NCBI GenBank assembly: GCA_025923995.1
Contig: JAICEW010000001.1
Coordinates: 4,513-68,512 of the forward strand
Direction: 5' to 3'
DNA: 64,000 bases
DNA from: Vicinamibacteria bacterium
Lineage (GTDB): Bacteria > Acidobacteriota > Vicinamibacteria > Fen-336
The notes beneath the pieces were generated by a model, which ran no database searches, was not told where the DNA came from, and saw only the letters and a list, made by a program, of their open reading frames with translations. Positions 21,550-30,701 of this stretch are shown here, in pieces. A program made the translations under genes and the position numbers. Numbering within the stretch: the first letter of the stretch is position 1; the number at the start of each line of letters is the position of its first letter.

Positions 21550-23607
21550 TCAGGGGGTCGTCGAGGCCGTCTGCGGGGCCACGACCTCGAACGCCTCGCG
21601 CGACTGCACGCCCTTGCCGCTCGGGTCCTTCACCGAGATCAGCACCTCGTAGGTCCCGGTCTCCAGCTGCTCGAGCGGGATCGACCAGTGCCGTGATGGC
21701 GGCGTCGAGGAGATGGGGGAGTCGGCCACCTGGAACACGGTGCGCCCGTCCGCCGCCTTCACCTCCAGGCCGGCCTGCACGGGCAGGCTGGCCGCGCCGA
21801 CCACCTCGACCAGGCAGTGCAGCGTCGACCCCTTCGCGAACTTGCGCTCGGCGCGCGCCAGCGGCGACTTGTCGGCCAGCAGGACGTCGGTGAGGATCGG
21901 CGTGGTCAGGCGGAACGCGTTCATCGGCTGCACCGTGACCGACTGCAGCACGCTGCCCACGCGCTTGGGCCCGCCACGCTCGCGCACGACGATCCGGGCC
22001 TGGTAGGCGCCCGCGGGCGCCTCGAACTGGCGCTCGAGCCGGATGCGGGCACCGCCCCCGGCGGTGACCGGCGCGGTCAGCGTCGCGTGCAGGGCCTGGC
22101 TGTCGTCCTGCTTCGCGAGCTGGAACAGCGCGTCCAGGCTCTCGGGTGCGGTGACCGCAGTCGCGTCCACTTCCGCCACCAGGCGGATCACCGACCCGCC
22201 CTCGGGCCCCTGGCCCAGGACGAACGCGGCCAGGTAGACGGGCAGGCCGGCCGCGTCGAAGGGTGACATCAGCGCCGCCTGCAAGGCGGTGCTCGGAGCC
22301 TCGCGCGCGGCCCGCTGCGCCGCCGGGGCCAGCGCAAAGTAGCCGGGCCGCGCCTCCAGCTTGAGGCCGGGGCGCTTCGCCTCCACCTGGAGCTTGTGGT
22401 ACTGGCCGTCATTGCGCGCGTTGGGCGGCGCGTAGCCGAGCAGGTAGTACGTCCGCAGCTCGCCGCCGATGCGTCCGAGCGTGTGGGCCAGGTTCTGGGA
22501 GGTGCGCACGATCCGGCCGCCGGTGGCGAGGGCGATGGCGTCGGATCCTTCGGCCTCGCGCGGCTGCCGCATCGAGAGCTGGATGGAGTCGCGCGAGTCC
22601 ACGACGTTGTCCATTTCGGCGTCCGGGCCCAGCGCCGCGGGCGTGCGCGGGTCGATGACGTGCACGGCCGCCCGCGCGGCGCGTGCGGCCTCGACCAGTG
22701 CGCGGTGCTCGAGCACCGCCGGGTCGTGCACGAACCCCTCGGTCACCAGCACCACCGCCTTGCGGCCCGGCGTCCCCGCCAGCCCGTTGAGCAGGCGCTG
22801 GAGGCTGGCCAGCGTGACCGCCTGGCGGCGCCGGGCCTCGGACCACTTCTGCTCGGCATCGGCCTGCACGAGGCTGCGGCCAGCGGGCGGCATCGACTTC
22901 TGCTGCTCGGACTGCTGGCCGTAGATCTGGCGCTCGCCGGTGTCGATCTGGGTCGGGTCGTGGATGATCCCCATGTCGAGGTACCGGCGGTAGACCTCGA
23001 CCAGCACCCGGTCGTCGCGGCGGGCCGTGATGAGGAAGGCTTCGTAGTCCGTGACCTTGCCCGGGTTCTCGGGCTGGCGTCCGCCCCGGAAGCGGAGCAG
23101 CGCCGATTGCATGCCCTCCGCCTCCTCCGGCAGCCGGCCGAGCCAGTTGCCTCCGCCGGCGGTGGAGACGAGGAGCACGTTCGCCGCGCCCAGCGACTTC
23201 CAGACCGGCTCCAGGCGGCGGCGCACCTCCTCGGTCTTGATCGACGACAGGTGCTGCTCGTCGAACACGACGATCATGGTGGCGCGCTCGGGCCCGGCGC
23301 CGGTGTTGCTGGCCAGCGCCGCGGTGACGGGAGCGGTCCCGCCGGGGGGCGTTGCCACCGCCGCCCCGGGTCGGTCGATGGCCTCGAAGGTCGCGATCTC
23401 CTGCGCGCGGCCGTCCTCCTTGACGACGAAGTCCTCGCGCGTGAGGCCGCGTACGGGCAGCCCCTTGTCGTCGGTGACCACGACGTCGACGATCACCAGC
23501 TCGGCCTCGCTCGCGAAGACCGGCGGGGCGGGCGTCGGCGGGGGCGGCTGGGCCAGCAGCGGTGGCGCGGCCAGGACCGCCAGGGCCAGGAAGCAAGCGC
23601 GCGTCAT
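21550..23607 (-). CDS. VWFA-related acidobacterial-domain protein (TIGR03436-like), paralog 2
   Basis: FASEAELVIVDVVVTDDKGLPVRGLTREDFVVKEDGRAQEI. Start ATG 23607 (MTRACFLALAVLAAPPLLAQ) with GGAGG RBS. Confidence 0.75.
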   Translation of the reverse strand: MTRACFLALAVLAAPPLLAQPPPPTPAPPVFASEAELVIVDVVVTDDKGLPVRGLTREDFVVKEDGRAQEIATFEAIDRPGAAVATPPGGTAPVTAALASNTGAGPERATMIVVFDEQHLSSIKTEEVRRRLEPVWKSLGAANVLLVSTAGGGNWLGRLPEEAEGMQSALLRFRGGRQPENPGKVTDYEAFLITARRDDRVLVEVYRRYLDMGIIHDPTQIDTGERQIYGQQSEQQKSMPPAGRSLVQADAEQKWSEARRRQAVTLASLQRLLNGLAGTPGRKAVVLVTEGFVHDPAVLEHRALVEAARAARAAVHVIDPRTPAALGPDAEMDNVVDSRDSIQLSMRQPREAEGSDAIALATGGRIVRTSQNLAHTLGRIGGELRTYYLLGYAPPNARNDGQYHKLQVEAKRPGLKLEARPGYFALAPAAQRAAREAPSTALQAALMSPFDAAGLPVYLAAFVLGQGPEGGSVIRLVAEVDATAVTAPESLDALFQLAKQDDSQALHATLTAPVTAGGGARIRLERQFEAPAGAYQARIVVRERGGPKRVGSVLQSVTVQPMNAFRLTTPILTDVLLADKSPLARAERKFAKGSTLHCLVEVVGAASLPVQAGLEVKAADGRTVFQVADSPISSTPPSRHWSIPLEQLETGTYEVLISVKDPSGKGVQSREAFEVVAPQTASTTP

Positions 23608-23687
23608 GGGACCTCCGGGAATGCCGCCAGGAAGTCCGATGTTAGCCCCGTGCACGGTCGCCGTGCACGGGGCTCACGGCGAAGCCG

Positions 23688-25040
23688 TCAGTTCCCGGTG
23701 TAGACCACGCGCCAGATGCGGCCGCCCTTGTCGTCGGTGATGTAGAGCGAGCCGTCCGGTCCCTGGGCCAGGCCGACCGGGCGATGCAGGGCCGTCTCCG
23801 GAGTGGGCTCGGGCGTGCCCGCGAAGCCGTCCGCGAACACCTCGAAGTCCCCGCTGGGCAGGCCGTTGTTCCCGAACGGCACGAACACCACGTTGTAGCC
23901 GGGTCCCTCGGGCTGGTTGACGGGGTCGAAGCGGGACCCGTGGAACGCGACGAACGCCCCGCGGCGATAGCGCTGCGGGAACTGGTGGCCGGTGTAGAAG
24001 AGCATCGACAGCGGCGCCCAGTGCGCGGGGAACCACGAGAGCGGCTCGCGCACCTGCGCGCAGCGTCCCTCGATCTCGCCGTCGCCGCCGTACTCGGGCG
24101 CCAGCACCTTGCCGCGCTCGGGATCGTGGAAGCAGTACGGCCACCCGTAGTCGGCGCCGAAATCGAGGCGGAACAGCTCCTCGGACGGGAGCACCAGGTC
24201 CTGCTGGGGCGTGAAGACGTCCGGCCAGAGCTCGTGCAGCTGGTCGCGGCCGTTCTGGACGCCGTAGAGCCGGCCGTTCCGCGGGTTGATGTCGAGCGCC
24301 ACCATGTTGCGCGCGCCCTTGACGAAGCGGCGGCCGTCGTCCTGCGTCTGGTTGGACCGGAACGCGAAGAACTGCCAGACGCCGGCCCGCACCGGGAGCT
24401 CGGGGCAGGGATCGATCCCGGGCGAGCCCTTCACGCGGTTCTCCTCCTGGCAGGCGTTGGACGCGGACCCGATGTTGAGGAACAGCGTGCCCAGGTAGCC
24501 GTCGAACCCGCCCAGGACCACCGTCTTGTTGACGTGGTCCCCGTCGGCGGGCAGGCCGGAGACGACCGTCTTGGGCTGGCCGATGGGCAGGAACCGCCAG
24601 GGCGGGAGCACGTAGCGGAGCAGGCGATCGTTCTGGGCGAAGAAGAGGTGCCCGAACCCGTAGGCGATCCCGTTGCCCCCCTTGTCGCCGAAGCGCTCCG
24701 TGACGTCGGCATCCCCGTCGCCGTCCGTGTCGCGCAGGGCCAGCACGCCGCCCAGCGCCGAGCCGTTGGGCGCGTCCGCCAGCGCGACGTACAACGACCC
24801 GTTGGGGCTGGTCACGATGTGTCGCGCCCGTCCGACCTGGTCCGCCACCACCGCGGCGCAGAAGCCCGGGGGGAGCGTGATGCCGCCATTGTCGGGGGCG
24901 CACTGGACATCGTGGTGATCGGGCGCGGGAGGCAGGCGCTGCTCGTCCTGCGCGGACGCGCCGAGGGCGAGCGCGAGGGTGAGCGAGGCCGCGCCGACGA
25001 GGCGCACCCCCGACGGATGCGAGAGGGAACGGACGGACAT
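23688..25040 (-). CDS. PQQ-dependent sugar dehydrogenase / sorbosone dehydrogenase-family beta-propeller (periplasmic)
   Basis: Family-typical segments (GSLYVALAD..., DGSLYITDDKGGRIWRVVY). Start ATG 25040 (MSVRSLSHPSGVRLVGAASLTLALALGASAQ) with GGAAGGAGAG RBS. Confidence 0.7.
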   Translation of the reverse strand: MSVRSLSHPSGVRLVGAASLTLALALGASAQDEQRLPPAPDHHDVQCAPDNGGITLPPGFCAAVVADQVGRARHIVTSPNGSLYVALADAPNGSALGGVLALRDTDGDGDADVTERFGDKGGNGIAYGFGHLFFAQNDRLLRYVLPPWRFLPIGQPKTVVSGLPADGDHVNKTVVLGGFDGYLGTLFLNIGSASNACQEENRVKGSPGIDPCPELPVRAGVWQFFAFRSNQTQDDGRRFVKGARNMVALDINPRNGRLYGVQNGRDQLHELWPDVFTPQQDLVLPSEELFRLDFGADYGWPYCFHDPERGKVLAPEYGGDGEIEGRCAQVREPLSWFPAHWAPLSMLFYTGHQFPQRYRRGAFVAFHGSRFDPVNQPEGPGYNVVFVPFGNNGLPSGDFEVFADGFAGTPEPTPETALHRPVGLAQGPDGSLYITDDKGGRIWRVVYTGN

Positions 25041-25285
25041 GGGACTCTCCTTCCCGGGGGCCGCGCCCCGGGGCACCAGACGTCGTCGAACACGTCGAGC
25101 CTGTGGCCGCGCCACCGCTCGTCTTGCCGGCCGGGCCTTACCTGTCGACGTGCTCGCGCGTCTTCGGGAGGGCAGGCGCAGAGAGACCTACGGCAATGGG
25201 CATGCCATCGCGAGGACGCGTTTCCGGGGTCCGCGCCGCGTCAAATCGGCGCGCGCGTGTAGATCGTGCCGGTGCGGGCTTGTAG

Positions 25286-25318
25286 GACGTGCTTGCGGCG
25301 CGGGGCCGCAAGCACGTC
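25286..25318 (-). terminator. perfect 13-bp GC-rich hairpin downstream of the lipoprotein gene (no U-tract)
   Basis: gacgtgcttgcgg ... ccgcaagcacgtc are exact reverse complements with a 7-nt loop, starting 10 nt after the stop at 25328-25330 on the minus strand. Confidence 0.3.
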
Positions 25319-25327
25319 GGTCCGCCG

Positions 25328-26224
25328 TCAGAACGCGGCGGGGTAGCAGGTCGAGCGGTACGAGCCCTCGCCGCGGCGCACGTTGCCCTCGGCGGTGGAG
25401 ATGTCGTAGTGCTCGGAGAACGTGTTGGCGTTCTTGACCACCAGCTCCTCGCCGTCGTGGCGCGAGCAGTAGCCGGCGCTCTTGAGGGCCTCGACCACGT
25501 AGTTGTCGTAGGCGGTCACGTTGACGATCTCGTACCAGCCTTCGGCGGGCTGCTTCCCGCCCAGGTTGAACACCTCGGGGTGCTCCCGCACGACCTTGTT
25601 GATGGCCGTCTCCACCGCGGCCAGGTGCGTGGAGCGCTCGCGGCCGCAGGTGACCTCGATGCTGTGGGGCAGCTCGCACCCGTTCTTCGGCGGATAACCG
25701 CGCGGCGCGCCCGGGAACGACGCCGGCGTGCAGGTGGCGCGATAGGAGGAGTCCCCGCGGCGGAGGATCAGGTCCGACGTGATCATGTGCCACTGCTCGC
25801 TGAAGGAGTCGGTGTTCTTCATCCCGACCTCCTCGCCGTCGAACTGCGCGCAGATCCCCCGCTGGTCCATCTTCTGCAGGAAGGCGACGTAGAACTGGCC
25901 GGTGCTCCTGACGCGCAGGCCGCCGTCGCTGTTCTCGAAGATCCCCGGCTTCTCCCGGATCAGCTCGCTCAGCACGGCGTCCACGTCGGTCATGAAGTTG
26001 GGCGACGTGCGCGAGCAGTTGCCCTCCCGTCCGGCGCCGAGCCTCGCGCAGGAGGACGCGCCCGGAATCGGGTCGAACGGCGGCGGCGTCGGCGTCGCTG
26101 CCACCTGGGGCGGCGACGTCACCGGCGGCGGGTTGTTCGTGACGTTGTTGTTGTCGCTGCCGCCACCGCAGGCCGACAGCAAGAGGAGGGAAGCGGCCGT
26201 GGCCGCGTACGCGCTACGGTTCAT
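25328..26224 (-). CDS. lipoprotein with an internally duplicated ~100-aa Cys-containing domain
   Basis: Lipobox LLLLSAC, then a Pro/Thr-rich linker. Two homologous halves, each ending ...GEE(V/L)..KN..(S/T)FSE......T......RRG..SYR(A/S)TC.PA(S/A)F. ATG 26224 with GGAAGG RBS. Confidence 0.6.
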   Translation of the reverse strand: MNRSAYAATAASLLLLSACGGGSDNNNVTNNPPPVTSPPQVAATPTPPPFDPIPGASSCARLGAGREGNCSRTSPNFMTDVDAVLSELIREKPGIFENSDGGLRVRSTGQFYVAFLQKMDQRGICAQFDGEEVGMKNTDSFSEQWHMITSDLILRRGDSSYRATCTPASFPGAPRGYPPKNGCELPHSIEVTCGRERSTHLAAVETAINKVVREHPEVFNLGGKQPAEGWYEIVNVTAYDNYVVEALKSAGYCSRHDGEELVVKNANTFSEHYDISTAEGNVRRGEGSYRSTCYPAAF

Positions 26225-26342
26225 GAAACAATGCCTTCCAGTCTGCGCCGCGACACATCGGTCCAGCGGTGCGTAAATCGGCGTGGATTATAGAGAAAAC
26301 CCCCGGCAGTGGCAAGTGCCGGTTCCTGGAGCCGTGAGCCTG

Positions 26343-27329
26343 ATGCGCGCTGTCCTCCAACGTCTCGCCCTCGCCGCGCTCGCGACGGCCGTCGCGGGGG
26401 CGCGCGCCGCCGATGCCCCGCCGACGCCCTCCCCGGTGGCGCCGCCAGAGCCCATGGCTCGCGTCGAGCAGTTCGTCGTGCGCGACGTCGTCCAGGCGGA
26501 CGGGAGCGTGGTGCGCTCGGAGGACGTGGTCGTGCAGGTGCACACCGCGATGGCGGTCAGCGCCTTCGGACAGGTCCCCGTGCCCTACGTCGACGGCTAC
26601 GGCGAGGTGACGCCGGGGGACCTGCCGGGCGCGGCCGCGGTGGCACGGGAGGCCGCCCCCCGCCTGTACGCCCATCTCGACGCCGATGATCCGACGCGCT
26701 TCGACGATCCCGCGCGGGAGCGCTTCGTGCTGGTGGTGGGAGAAGCGTGGCGCCTGCAGGGCGCGGCGGCGTTCGCGGCCGGCGACCGGGCCGCGGCCGA
26801 GCGCTACCTGGCCGCGGCCTGGCAGCTGGCCGGGACCCCTGACGGCGCGGTCGATCTGGCCCGACTCCGGCAGGCCCAGGGCCGCCACGAGGAGGCGATC
26901 GACGCCCTGCACCAGGCGTCGTACCTGCCCGCGTGGCGCGCCAACACGGCGAAGGTCGAGCTGGAGCGTGTCGTCACCGACGCGGGGCGGCGCCAGGAGG
27001 TCCTCGGCACCTCCCGCCGGGAGAAGGGGAAGCGCCACCTCTTCGACGTTCCGGGCGAGGCCCCGCCCGGCGGCGCGCAGCTCCGGCTGAAGCTGCTCGT
27101 CGACCAGCGCGGCCGGATCGTCGACGTCCGCGCCGCGCAGCCGGCGGACGCGGCGGCCCTCGATGCGTGGCGGGCGCGCGTCCTGCAGACGGCGCTACCC
27201 GCTTTCGACGTCGACGGCGCCGCGTTCAAGCTGGTACGGGCGGCGACGCTCAAGTGCGCCGCGGATCATGGCTGCCGGCTGGGCCTCAGCTACTACGGCG
27301 ACGAGGTGGCGACGGTCCTGGAGCGCTGA
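26343..27329 (+). CDS. secreted hypothetical protein with a TPR-like segment; translationally coupled to xthA
   Basis: Start ATG 26343 (MRAVLQRLALAALATAVAGARA). Its stop TGA overlaps the xthA ATG (TGATG at 27327-27331). Confidence 0.5.
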   Translation: MRAVLQRLALAALATAVAGARAADAPPTPSPVAPPEPMARVEQFVVRDVVQADGSVVRSEDVVVQVHTAMAVSAFGQVPVPYVDGYGEVTPGDLPGAAAVAREAAPRLYAHLDADDPTRFDDPARERFVLVVGEAWRLQGAAAFAAGDRAAAERYLAAAWQLAGTPDGAVDLARLRQAQGRHEEAIDALHQASYLPAWRANTAKVELERVVTDAGRRQEVLGTSRREKGKRHLFDVPGEAPPGGAQLRLKLLVDQRGRIVDVRAAQPADAAALDAWRARVLQTALPAFDVDGAAFKLVRAATLKCAADHGCRLGLSYYGDEVATVLER

Positions 27330-28207
27330 TGCGGATCGCGACCTGGAACGTGAACTCGCTGAGGGCGCGCCTGGACAAGGTGCGCTGGTGGCTGGACCGC
27401 GCGCGGCCCGACGTCCTCATGATGCAGGAGACCAAGCTCGCCGACGCGGACGCCCCCGCGGCCGCCTTCCGCGACGCGGGGTACGAGCTGGCGCATCACG
27501 GCGAGGGCCGCTGGAACGGCGTCGCCATCGCCAGCCGCTGTGGCGTCTCGGACGTGGTCACGAACTTCGGCCTGCCCCTGCAGCCGGCGCGCACCGAGGA
27601 CCAGGGCGACGACGAGCCCCTGGCCGAGGCGCGCATGATCGCGGCCCGCTGCGCGGGCGTGCGCGTGGTGTCCATCTACGCGCCCAACGGCCGCGTGGTC
27701 GGCTCGCCGTTCTACGAGGCGAAGCTCGTCTGGTACGACCGGCTCGCGCGCTGGTTCGCGGAGGCGGCCTCGCCCGAGGACGCGCTGGTGCTGGGGGGCG
27801 ACTTCAACGTCGCTCCCACCGACGAGGACGTCTGGGACCCGCGCGCCTGCCACGGCGGCACGCACGTCTCGCCCGAGGAGCGCACCGCGTTCGCGCGGCT
27901 GGGCGCCTGGGGCCTCCAGGACGCGTACCGGCACCATCGGACCGAGCCGGGCCGCTACACGTGGTGGGACTATCGCGCGGGCAACTTCCACAAGAACTTC
28001 GGCATGCGCATCGACCACCTGCTGACGACGCCTCCGCTGCTCGCGCGGACGGTCTGGGCCGAGATCGACCGCGAGGCGCGCAAGGGCAAGCCGATCCCGT
28101 CCGACCACGCGCCGCTCCTGATCGACGTGGACGAGCCGGGCCATCCCTTCGACGCGGGCTGGAGCTCCGCGGAGGGCCGCATCGCCGCCCGGCGGGCCAA
28201 GGGCTGA
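27329..28207 (+). CDS. xthA: exodeoxyribonuclease III (AP endonuclease, EEP family)
   Basis: MRIATWNVNSLRARL...MMQETK...DFNVAP...SDHAPL: classic ExoIII signature across the full length. Confidence 0.85.
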   Translation: MRIATWNVNSLRARLDKVRWWLDRARPDVLMMQETKLADADAPAAAFRDAGYELAHHGEGRWNGVAIASRCGVSDVVTNFGLPLQPARTEDQGDDEPLAEARMIAARCAGVRVVSIYAPNGRVVGSPFYEAKLVWYDRLARWFAEAASPEDALVLGGDFNVAPTDEDVWDPRACHGGTHVSPEERTAFARLGAWGLQDAYRHHRTEPGRYTWWDYRAGNFHKNFGMRIDHLLTTPPLLARTVWAEIDREARKGKPIPSDHAPLLIDVDEPGHPFDAGWSSAEGRIAARRAKG

Positions 28208-29277
28208 TGGCGTTCACGATCGCGCCGCCGGTCGAGCCCATGCTGGCCAAGCTCACCGACGCCCTGCCGCCGGGCGACGGCTGGCTGTTCGAGCCCAAGT
28301 GGGACGGGTTCCGCGCGATCGTGTTCAAGGACGGCGACGAGGTGTACATCCAGAGCCGGGACCTCAAGCCCTTCAACCGCTACTTCCCCGACGTCGAGGA
28401 GATCCTGCGCGCGTCGCTGCCCCCGCGCGTGGTGGTGGACGGCGAGATCGTGATCGCGACGCCCGGCGGTCTCGACTTCGACGCGCTGCAGCTCCGCATC
28501 CATCCTGCGGCTTCGCGCGTCCAGAAGCTGGCGGCGGAGATGCCCGCCTCTTTCGTCGCGTTCGACCTGCTGGCGGAGGGCGACGCGGACCTCTGCGGCG
28601 TCCCGCTCTCGGTGCGGCGCGAGCGGCTCTCGCGTGCGCTCGCGTCGGTGGCCGGGCGCGTGCACGTGACGCCGTGCAGCCGCGACCGCGCGGTGGCGGC
28701 GGAGTGGTTCGAACACTTCGAGGGCGCGGGGCTCGACGGCGTCATCGCCAAGCACGAGTCGCTCACGTACCAGCCGGGCAAGCGCGCGATGGTGAAGGTC
28801 AAGCACGTGCGCACCGCGGACTGCGTGGTGGCCGGCTTCCGCTGGCACAAGAACGGGCCGGGCACGCTGATCGGGTCGCTGCTGCTCGGCCTATTTGACG
28901 CCGACGGCCGCCTCCATCACGTCGGCGTGACCTCCTCCTTCCCGATGGCGGAGCGCCGCCGGCTGGCCTCCGAGCTCCAGCCGCTGCGGGAGAACGCGCT
29001 CGACGCCCACCCCTGGCGCGAGTGGGCGCGGATGATGGACGGGCACCAGCGCATGCCCGGGATGCAGAGCCGCTGGAGCGCCGGCAAGGACCTCTCGTGG
29101 GAGCCCCTGCGCATCGAGCGGGTGTGCGAGGTGAAGTACGACCACCTGCAGGGCGACCGCTTCCGCCACGCGGCCGTCTTCCTGCGCTGGCGGACGGACA
29201 AGGCGCCCGCGGACTGCCGCTACGACCAGCTCGAAGTGGTGGCGCCCGCGGAGCTGAACGAGCTCTTCGGGACCTAG
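28207..29277 (+). CDS. ligD: ATP-dependent DNA ligase (LigD ligase-domain type, stand-alone)
   Basis: Adenylation motif EPKWDGFRAI (KxDG). OB-fold C-terminus. Start ATG overlaps the xthA TGA (TGATG at 28205-28209). Confidence 0.8.
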   Translation: MAFTIAPPVEPMLAKLTDALPPGDGWLFEPKWDGFRAIVFKDGDEVYIQSRDLKPFNRYFPDVEEILRASLPPRVVVDGEIVIATPGGLDFDALQLRIHPAASRVQKLAAEMPASFVAFDLLAEGDADLCGVPLSVRRERLSRALASVAGRVHVTPCSRDRAVAAEWFEHFEGAGLDGVIAKHESLTYQPGKRAMVKVKHVRTADCVVAGFRWHKNGPGTLIGSLLLGLFDADGRLHHVGVTSSFPMAERRRLASELQPLRENALDAHPWREWARMMDGHQRMPGMQSRWSAGKDLSWEPLRIERVCEVKYDHLQGDRFRHAAVFLRWRTDKAPADCRYDQLEVVAPAELNELFGT

Positions 29278-30701
29278 CTCTTCTTCGCTTCTCGGCGGGC
29301 CTTGGCCTTGGCGCGCTGGCTCTGCTTCCAGGCCGCGACCTGCTCTTCCGTGAAGGTCTGGCCGGCCCAGGGGTCGTAATCGGACTCGAGCGCTTCCTGG
29401 GGCGGCCGCTTCTCCTCGGGCACGTGCTCGAGGTTCACGCGCACGCGGTACCAGACGGACGAGCGGCCGCGCATCCCGTCCACCAGGTAGTCCTTCTCCT
29501 GGAGGTGCGCGGCGGCCTCGGGGTGCTTCGCCTTCCACCGCTCGAGCCCGCTGAGCGCGTCCTCCTTCTTCTGCGCCTTGGCGATCTCGAGCAGCGGCTT
29601 GGTGGAGACGCGCCGGCCGGTCGGGCCCTTGGCGCGCTTGCTGGGCTGCACGCGCGGCGGCTCGCCCGCCTGCTTCTGGTAGTGCGGCGGCCAGGGCGCG
29701 TCGCCCTGCCCTTCGGCTTCCTGCTTCGCGGACAGCTCCAGCAGCGGCTCGAGCGAGCAGGGATGCGCGTCGATGTCGGCGTGGCGGTCGCCGATCTCCG
29801 CGAACCGCTTCGGCATCGTGCGCAGCGTGAAGTCGCCCGGATCGCAGGCGTCGAGCTCCGGCCAGGTCACGGGCGCGGAGACGCGCGCGTCGGGCTTCGG
29901 GCGCACCGAGTACGCGCTGCAGACGGTGCGGTCCTTCGCGTTCTGGTTGTAGTCGAGGAACACCCCGTGCCGCTCCTCCTTCCACCACTTGCTGGTGGCG
30001 ATGGCGGGGGCTCGCCGTTCGACCTCCCTGGCGATCGCGAGCGCGGCCCGGCGGACCTTTTCGAAGCTCCACCTGGGGTGGATGCGGATGTTGATGTGGA
30101 TGCCGCGCGAGCCGGACGTCTTGGGCCAGCCGACCAGCTTCAGGTCGGCGAGGACCTCGTGGACGACGCGCGCGACCGCCTGGAGCTGCGGCCACTCGAC
30201 GCCCGGCACCGGATCGAGGTCGACGCGCAGCTCGTCGGGGTGGTCGAGGTGGTCGGCTCGCACCGGATGCGGATGCAATTCGAGGCACCCCAGGTTCGCC
30301 ATCCACGCCAGCGCGGCCGCGCTCCTGGGCACGACCTCCTCCGCGATCCGTCCGGAGGGGAACTTGAGCGCGATCACGTCCACGAAGTCCGGACGCTTCT
30401 CGGGCGCGCGCTTCTGGTAGAAGAACTCGCCGTGGATGCCGTTCGCGTAGCGCACGAGCACGTTGGGCCGCCCGCCCGCGTGCCTGAGCGCGCCCTCCGC
30501 GACGCTCAGGTAGTACTGCACGACCTCGAGCTTCGTGATGCCGGCCTCGGGGAAGTACACCTTGTCGGGGTTGGTGACGGTCACGTCGTGCCCGGCGACG
30601 TGGAGGACGGTCGAGGGAGACTTGGACGGCACGCTCGCAGCATACGGCAGGCGCGTGGCGTCTCGCTGTAGAGTCTCGCGCATGAAACGACTCGCACTCA
30701 T
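29274..30701 (-). CDS. NHEJ primase-polymerase (LigD PolDom-like, stand-alone) with a Lys/Glu-rich C-terminal tail
   Basis: LHVAGHDVTVTNPDKVYFPEAGITKLEVVQYYLSVAEG...GRPNVLVRYANG..FYQKRAP...LELHPH...KTSGSRGIHI. Start ambiguous: ATG 30701 (GAGAGGA upstream) or ATG 30683. The stop shares CTAG with the ligase stop. Confidence 0.75.
   Translation of the reverse strand: MSASRFMRETLQRDATRLPYAASVPSKSPSTVLHVAGHDVTVTNPDKVYFPEAGITKLEVVQYYLSVAEGALRHAGGRPNVLVRYANGIHGEFFYQKRAPEKRPDFVDVIALKFPSGRIAEEVVPRSAAALAWMANLGCLELHPHPVRADHLDHPDELRVDLDPVPGVEWPQLQAVARVVHEVLADLKLVGWPKTSGSRGIHINIRIHPRWSFEKVRRAALAIAREVERRAPAIATSKWWKEERHGVFLDYNQNAKDRTVCSAYSVRPKPDARVSAPVTWPELDACDPGDFTLRTMPKRFAEIGDRHADIDAHPCSLEPLLELSAKQEAEGQGDAPWPPHYQKQAGEPPRVQPSKRAKGPTGRRVSTKPLLEIAKAQKKEDALSGLERWKAKHPEAAAHLQEKDYLVDGMRGRSSVWYRVRVNLEHVPEEKRPPQEALESDYDPWAGQTFTEEQVAAWKQSQRAKAKARREAKKS

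Noticed and set aside
16239-25437. Off-frame and antisense ORFs over the GGDEF-EAL, VWA and PQQ-DH genes (16239-18440, 18605-20434, 18759-20396, 19857-21893, 22396-23703, 22409-23596, 23784-25262)
   Set aside because: Low-complexity shadows of genes that have clear family signatures in another frame.
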